DNA of 32,928 nt from the UHGV virus genome UHGV-0143082. One strand, given 5' to 3'. Below, in pieces: positions 30,470 through 32,928 of the stretch. The notes under the pieces were generated by a model, which searched no databases, was not told the origin of the DNA, and worked only from the letters and a program-made list of their open reading frames with translations. A program made the position numbers and the translations under genes. This DNA is from a virus. Numbering within the stretch: the stretch's first letter is position 1; every line of letters begins with the position of its first letter.

Positions 30470-30608
30470 GACCTTTCTCCTTCTGCATCAGCTTCACTTT
30501 TTCCAACTCAGCCCGGAATCGACCAGGCTGCTTGAAGCTGGACAGGAAGCGATCACGTAGTATGTGTTTGTGAATTTTGTCCTGGTAAGGACTGAGTTGT
30601 TTTGTCAT
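30462..30608 (-). CDS. Small ORF (48 aa) between cII and the O-like gene
   Basis: [48 protein letters not shown]; stop overlaps O start region; below track cutoff. Confidence 0.3.
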   Translation of the reverse strand: MTKQLSPYQDKIHKHILRDRFLSSFKQPGRFRAELEKVKLMQKEKGHE

Positions 30609-30640
30609 AATGACTCCTGTGGATTGATCCAGTAATTCCC

Positions 30641-30937
30641 TCAGAATTGCATATCAATTTGCTTAAAATCCTCGGTGGCGGCCGGGGATTTTTTCTTTGT
30701 GATTTCATCAAGCGCATACTTAAAAGCCCTGCTAATCGGACTGATGTCTGATGCCATTCCGAAAGCACACAAGACCGAAGCAATAAATCTCCAGTCCGTT
30801 CTGCTTATCTTCGATTCATGACAGCCAATCATCTTTGCAAGACCGCGCTGGGTAAGCGTTGACAGGTTGATGAGTAAATCAGTTTCAGCGCGATCAATTT
30901 CTCGCTGTGTTGGCTTGCTGTAACTTGTTTGTGTCAT
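30641..30937 (-). CDS. cII: CII-like transcriptional activator
   Basis: 98 aa; HTH region and C-terminus [18 protein letters not shown] resemble lambda CII (KKRPAATERSEQIQMEF). Confidence 0.75.
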   Translation of the reverse strand: MTQTSYSKPTQREIDRAETDLLINLSTLTQRGLAKMIGCHESKISRTDWRFIASVLCAFGMASDISPISRAFKYALDEITKKKSPAATEDFKQIDMQF

Positions 30938-31058
30938 TTCTTACTATCTCCATAGGTAAATAATTTGGTTTTTTATCGTGCACCATTGACAGTCATCCTT
31001 GACCACGCCGGGCACCCGACCGTATACCGGGCCGTTCGGTACTAAAAGTACATTTTTA

Positions 31059-31289
31059 TTACATAACAAACTGCTGTTTACCGATACGGCGAATCTGTGC
31101 TGCTGAGTACTTGCCGCCTGATGCCTTGGCGATCTTATCCGCATATTCGGTTTCACCAGTGAACTCGGTACGCGGCAGAGAACCACGCTCAAGCCACTTA
31201 TAGATGGCTTTTGGCGTAAGTCCACAAACATCAGCCACAACAGAAACTCGAACGGATTTGATAACTTCTCCAAACGTAACTTCGTTCAT
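31059..31289 (-). CDS. cro: Cro-like repressor (HTH)
   Basis: 76 aa from ATG 31289 with strong SD AGGAGA; HTH segment VADVCGLTPKAIYKWL; divergent from cI. Confidence 0.7.
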   Translation of the reverse strand: MNEVTFGEVIKSVRVSVVADVCGLTPKAIYKWLERGSLPRTEFTGETEYADKIAKASGGKYSAAQIRRIGKQQFVM

Positions 31290-31378
31290 GCTTCTCTCCT
31301 GTGGTGAACTCATGGTTCATATTATGACGGAACTGATAGTACAGTCAATACCTAATATAGTTGAACTTATGGTTCAAC
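31290..31378. promoter_or_regulatory. Immunity operator/promoter region (OR with PR and PRM)
   Basis: Palindromes TGAAC-tcatg-GTTCA (31305-31319) and GTTGAAC-ttatg-GTTCAAC (31360-31378); PR candidate on minus TTGACT-16/17-CATAAT upstream of cro. Confidence 0.6.
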
Positions 31379-32076
31379 AGAAAGAGCGTGAAACTTTCTC
31401 GCAGAGGCTTGCGCTGGCCTGTGATAAAGCGGGATTACCTTTGCATGGTAGGCAGGCTGATTTAGCTGTCAGGCTTAAGGTCACACCAAAAGCCATTAGT
31501 AAATGGTTCAACGGGGAGTCAATACCAAGAAAAGACAAGATGGAATCTCTGGCTTCGGTGCTGGGAACTACTGCTGCATATCTGCATGGCTATGCTGATT
31601 ATGACGGTATCACGGTAAATCATCTATCAAGATCAAATGATTCTTATCGTGTTGATGTATTGGATGTTCAGGCGAGCGCCGGGCCAGGAACCATGGTTTC
31701 CAATGAATTTATAGAAAAGATAAGAGCAATTGAATATACGCCCGAGCAGGCAAGAATTTTATTTAATGGAAGGCCACAGGAAAGCGTAAAAGTCATCACG
31801 GTTCGCGGTGACAGCATGGAGGGAACCATCAATCCGGGAGATGAGATCTTTGTTGATGTATCCATAACCTATTTTGATGGCGATGGCATTTATGTGTTTG
31901 TATACGGGAAAACAATGCACGTTAAGCGCCTGCAAATGCAAAAGAACAGGCTTGCCGTCATCTCTGACAATGCCGCTTATGATCGATGGTACATAGAAGA
32001 AGGTGAAGAAGAGCAACTTCACATTCTAGCCAAAGTACTCATTAGGCAGTCAATCGATTACAAGCGATTCGGATAA
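31369..32076 (+). CDS. cI: CI-type prophage repressor (HTH plus LexA-like S24 peptidase domain)
   Basis: N-terminal HTH (RLALACDKAGL...QADLAVRLKVTPKAISKW); C-terminal autocleavage domain with Ser in VRGDSMEG and Lys in HVKRL; alternative start ATG 31324. Confidence 0.8.
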   Translation: MVQQKERETFSQRLALACDKAGLPLHGRQADLAVRLKVTPKAISKWFNGESIPRKDKMESLASVLGTTAAYLHGYADYDGITVNHLSRSNDSYRVDVLDVQASAGPGTMVSNEFIEKIRAIEYTPEQARILFNGRPQESVKVITVRGDSMEGTINPGDEIFVDVSITYFDGDGIYVFVYGKTMHVKRLQMQKNRLAVISDNAAYDRWYIEEGEEEQLHILAKVLIRQSIDYKRFG

Positions 32077-32093
32077 AAATAAATTTCCTTAAA

Positions 32094-32126
32094 GTTCACT
32101 AACTTATGATGTAGTGAGCTTTTTAT
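32094..32126 (+). terminator. Candidate terminator downstream of cI
   Basis: gttcacta-(9 nt)-tagtgagc imperfect stem followed by TTTTTAT. Confidence 0.4.
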
Positions 32127-32385
32127 ACCCATAAAATGTACTATTGGTACTTTACATTAATGAACTTTAAGTACATCATAAGCCCATAGACGAACGGCGC
32201 GTCTTTAAACCATGCGTCGGGAGCGCGGCGGGTTCAGGATGAACGGCAATGCTGCTCACTACAAAAGAACATTTCCATAACTTGATAGTTATTGAAGTGT
32301 TTTTATATACGGGGTTAGCGATCTCGTGACACAAGCCATTTACGCGGCAGGCTACCGGAAATCAAAACAACTGACAGCGAGGTAA

Positions 32386-32613
32386 GTGATGAATCAGACA
32401 TACATTCCATCATGCTTGAGAAATCTGCCAAAGCAGAAAGCAAAGCCCCGCAAGCAAGCCATAAAGGACGCTAAGGCAGAGGTTATTGATCAAGCAATAC
32501 AATTGCTCAGGGGGGAGTTAAGAAGTGGCAAGCTCGAAGGAATGATGATGCCCTATCAGCGCGGATATCTATCGGCGATTAGTAAGTTGGAAGTATTGAA
32601 GAGTGAATTATGA
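32386..32613 (+). CDS. Hypothetical Lys-rich small protein downstream of cI
   Basis: 75 aa; SD GAGGT upstream of ATG; same strand as cI. Confidence 0.4.
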   Translation: MMNQTYIPSCLRNLPKQKAKPRKQAIKDAKAEVIDQAIQLLRGELRSGKLEGMMMPYQRGYLSAISKLEVLKSEL

Positions 32614-32675
32614 ACTATCTGGAATTTCCGGATGGTTCATTGTTTTGGCAGCAAACCACTTATTTTAGGTGATAT

Positions 32676-32924
32676 ATGGAAGAACAAGCAAACAAGATTC
32701 TCGTAGAACTACTGCAAAAAGCCAGCAATGGAATAGATGCTGCTGTTTCATTTAGCCAAGCACAGATTCCTGATGTTGTTCATCAGTTGCTGCTATGGAA
32801 TATGGTTGACAGTCTGATTAAAACATTAATAGCCATTCTAACAATCCCACTGGTTTTCTGGTTTATGAAGAAGCAGTGCCAAAGAGTTGAGACAGGTAAA
32901 ATCGGTGATGAAGGATACTCATGA
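32676..32924 (+). CDS. Hypothetical small membrane protein
   Basis: 82 aa with C-terminal TM segment LIKTLIAILTIPLVFWFM; complete ORF with stop at 32922-32924. Confidence 0.4.
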   Translation: MEEQANKILVELLQKASNGIDAAVSFSQAQIPDVVHQLLLWNMVDSLIKTLIAILTIPLVFWFMKKQCQRVETGKIGDEGYS

Positions 32925-32928
32925 TAGA

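Larger units (their letters stand above)
1..32928. mobile_element. Segment of a P22-like (CUS-3-like) lambdoid prophage/phage genome; mosaic of P22-type morphogenesis genes and lambda-type nin/Q/lysis module
   Basis: Contiguous, syntenic phage gene set from immunity region to tailspike in the known P22 order; no host housekeeping genes seen. Confidence 0.85.

Noticed and set aside
30553-30783. 76-aa minus-strand ORF overlapping cII in another frame
   Set aside because: Fully explained by the cII reading frame, which has clear family resemblance
30938-31058. nutR/tR1 between cro and cII
   Set aside because: Expected by analogy with lambda, but only weak GC stems were seen and no convincing boxA/boxB pair
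32386-32613. Identification of the first ORF after cI as an N-type antiterminator
   Set aside because: No arginine-rich N-terminal motif and no boxA/boxB nut site recognized in the leader; left as hypothetical
1-32928. CRISPR arrays, rRNA genes, integrase and attachment sites
   Set aside because: No regularly spaced direct repeats, no rRNA-like sequence, and no integrase-like ORF in this window; prophage ends are evidently outside it

Overview
This window is almost entirely a lysogenic-type phage (prophage) genome segment of the P22-like group with a lambda-like early-right/late-control module. Most genes are on the minus strand. Read in transcription order (high to low coordinates): immunity region (cI on +, divergent cro, cII), O-like initiator with internal iteron origin, HNH endonuclease, primase-helicase, nin region (ninB, Dam-type methyltransferase, ninE, ninF, a second HNH endonuclease inserted in the 5' end of ninG, ninH, phosphatase), Q antiterminator, pR'/6S/tR', lambda-type lysis cassette (S, R, Rz/Rz1), then P22-type morphogenesis genes (terS, terL, portal, scaffold, coat, gp4, gp10, gp26 needle, gp14, gp7, gp20, gp16), a moron cluster, the immI region (mnt, arc, ant) and a tailspike whose P22-like head-binding N-terminus is fused to an endosialidase-like body. 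Family assignments rest on reading the translated ORFs against remembered P22 and lambda proteins; no database search was run. No integrase, rRNA or CRISPR array was seen; one tRNA-like fragment was examined and rejected. The most interesting parts are the HNH insertion in ninG with a recoded flank, the moron cluster between gene 16 and mnt, the extra zinc-ribbon ORF and sar-like antisense RNA in immI, the divergent Q-S intergenic insert, and two small ORFs downstream of cI.
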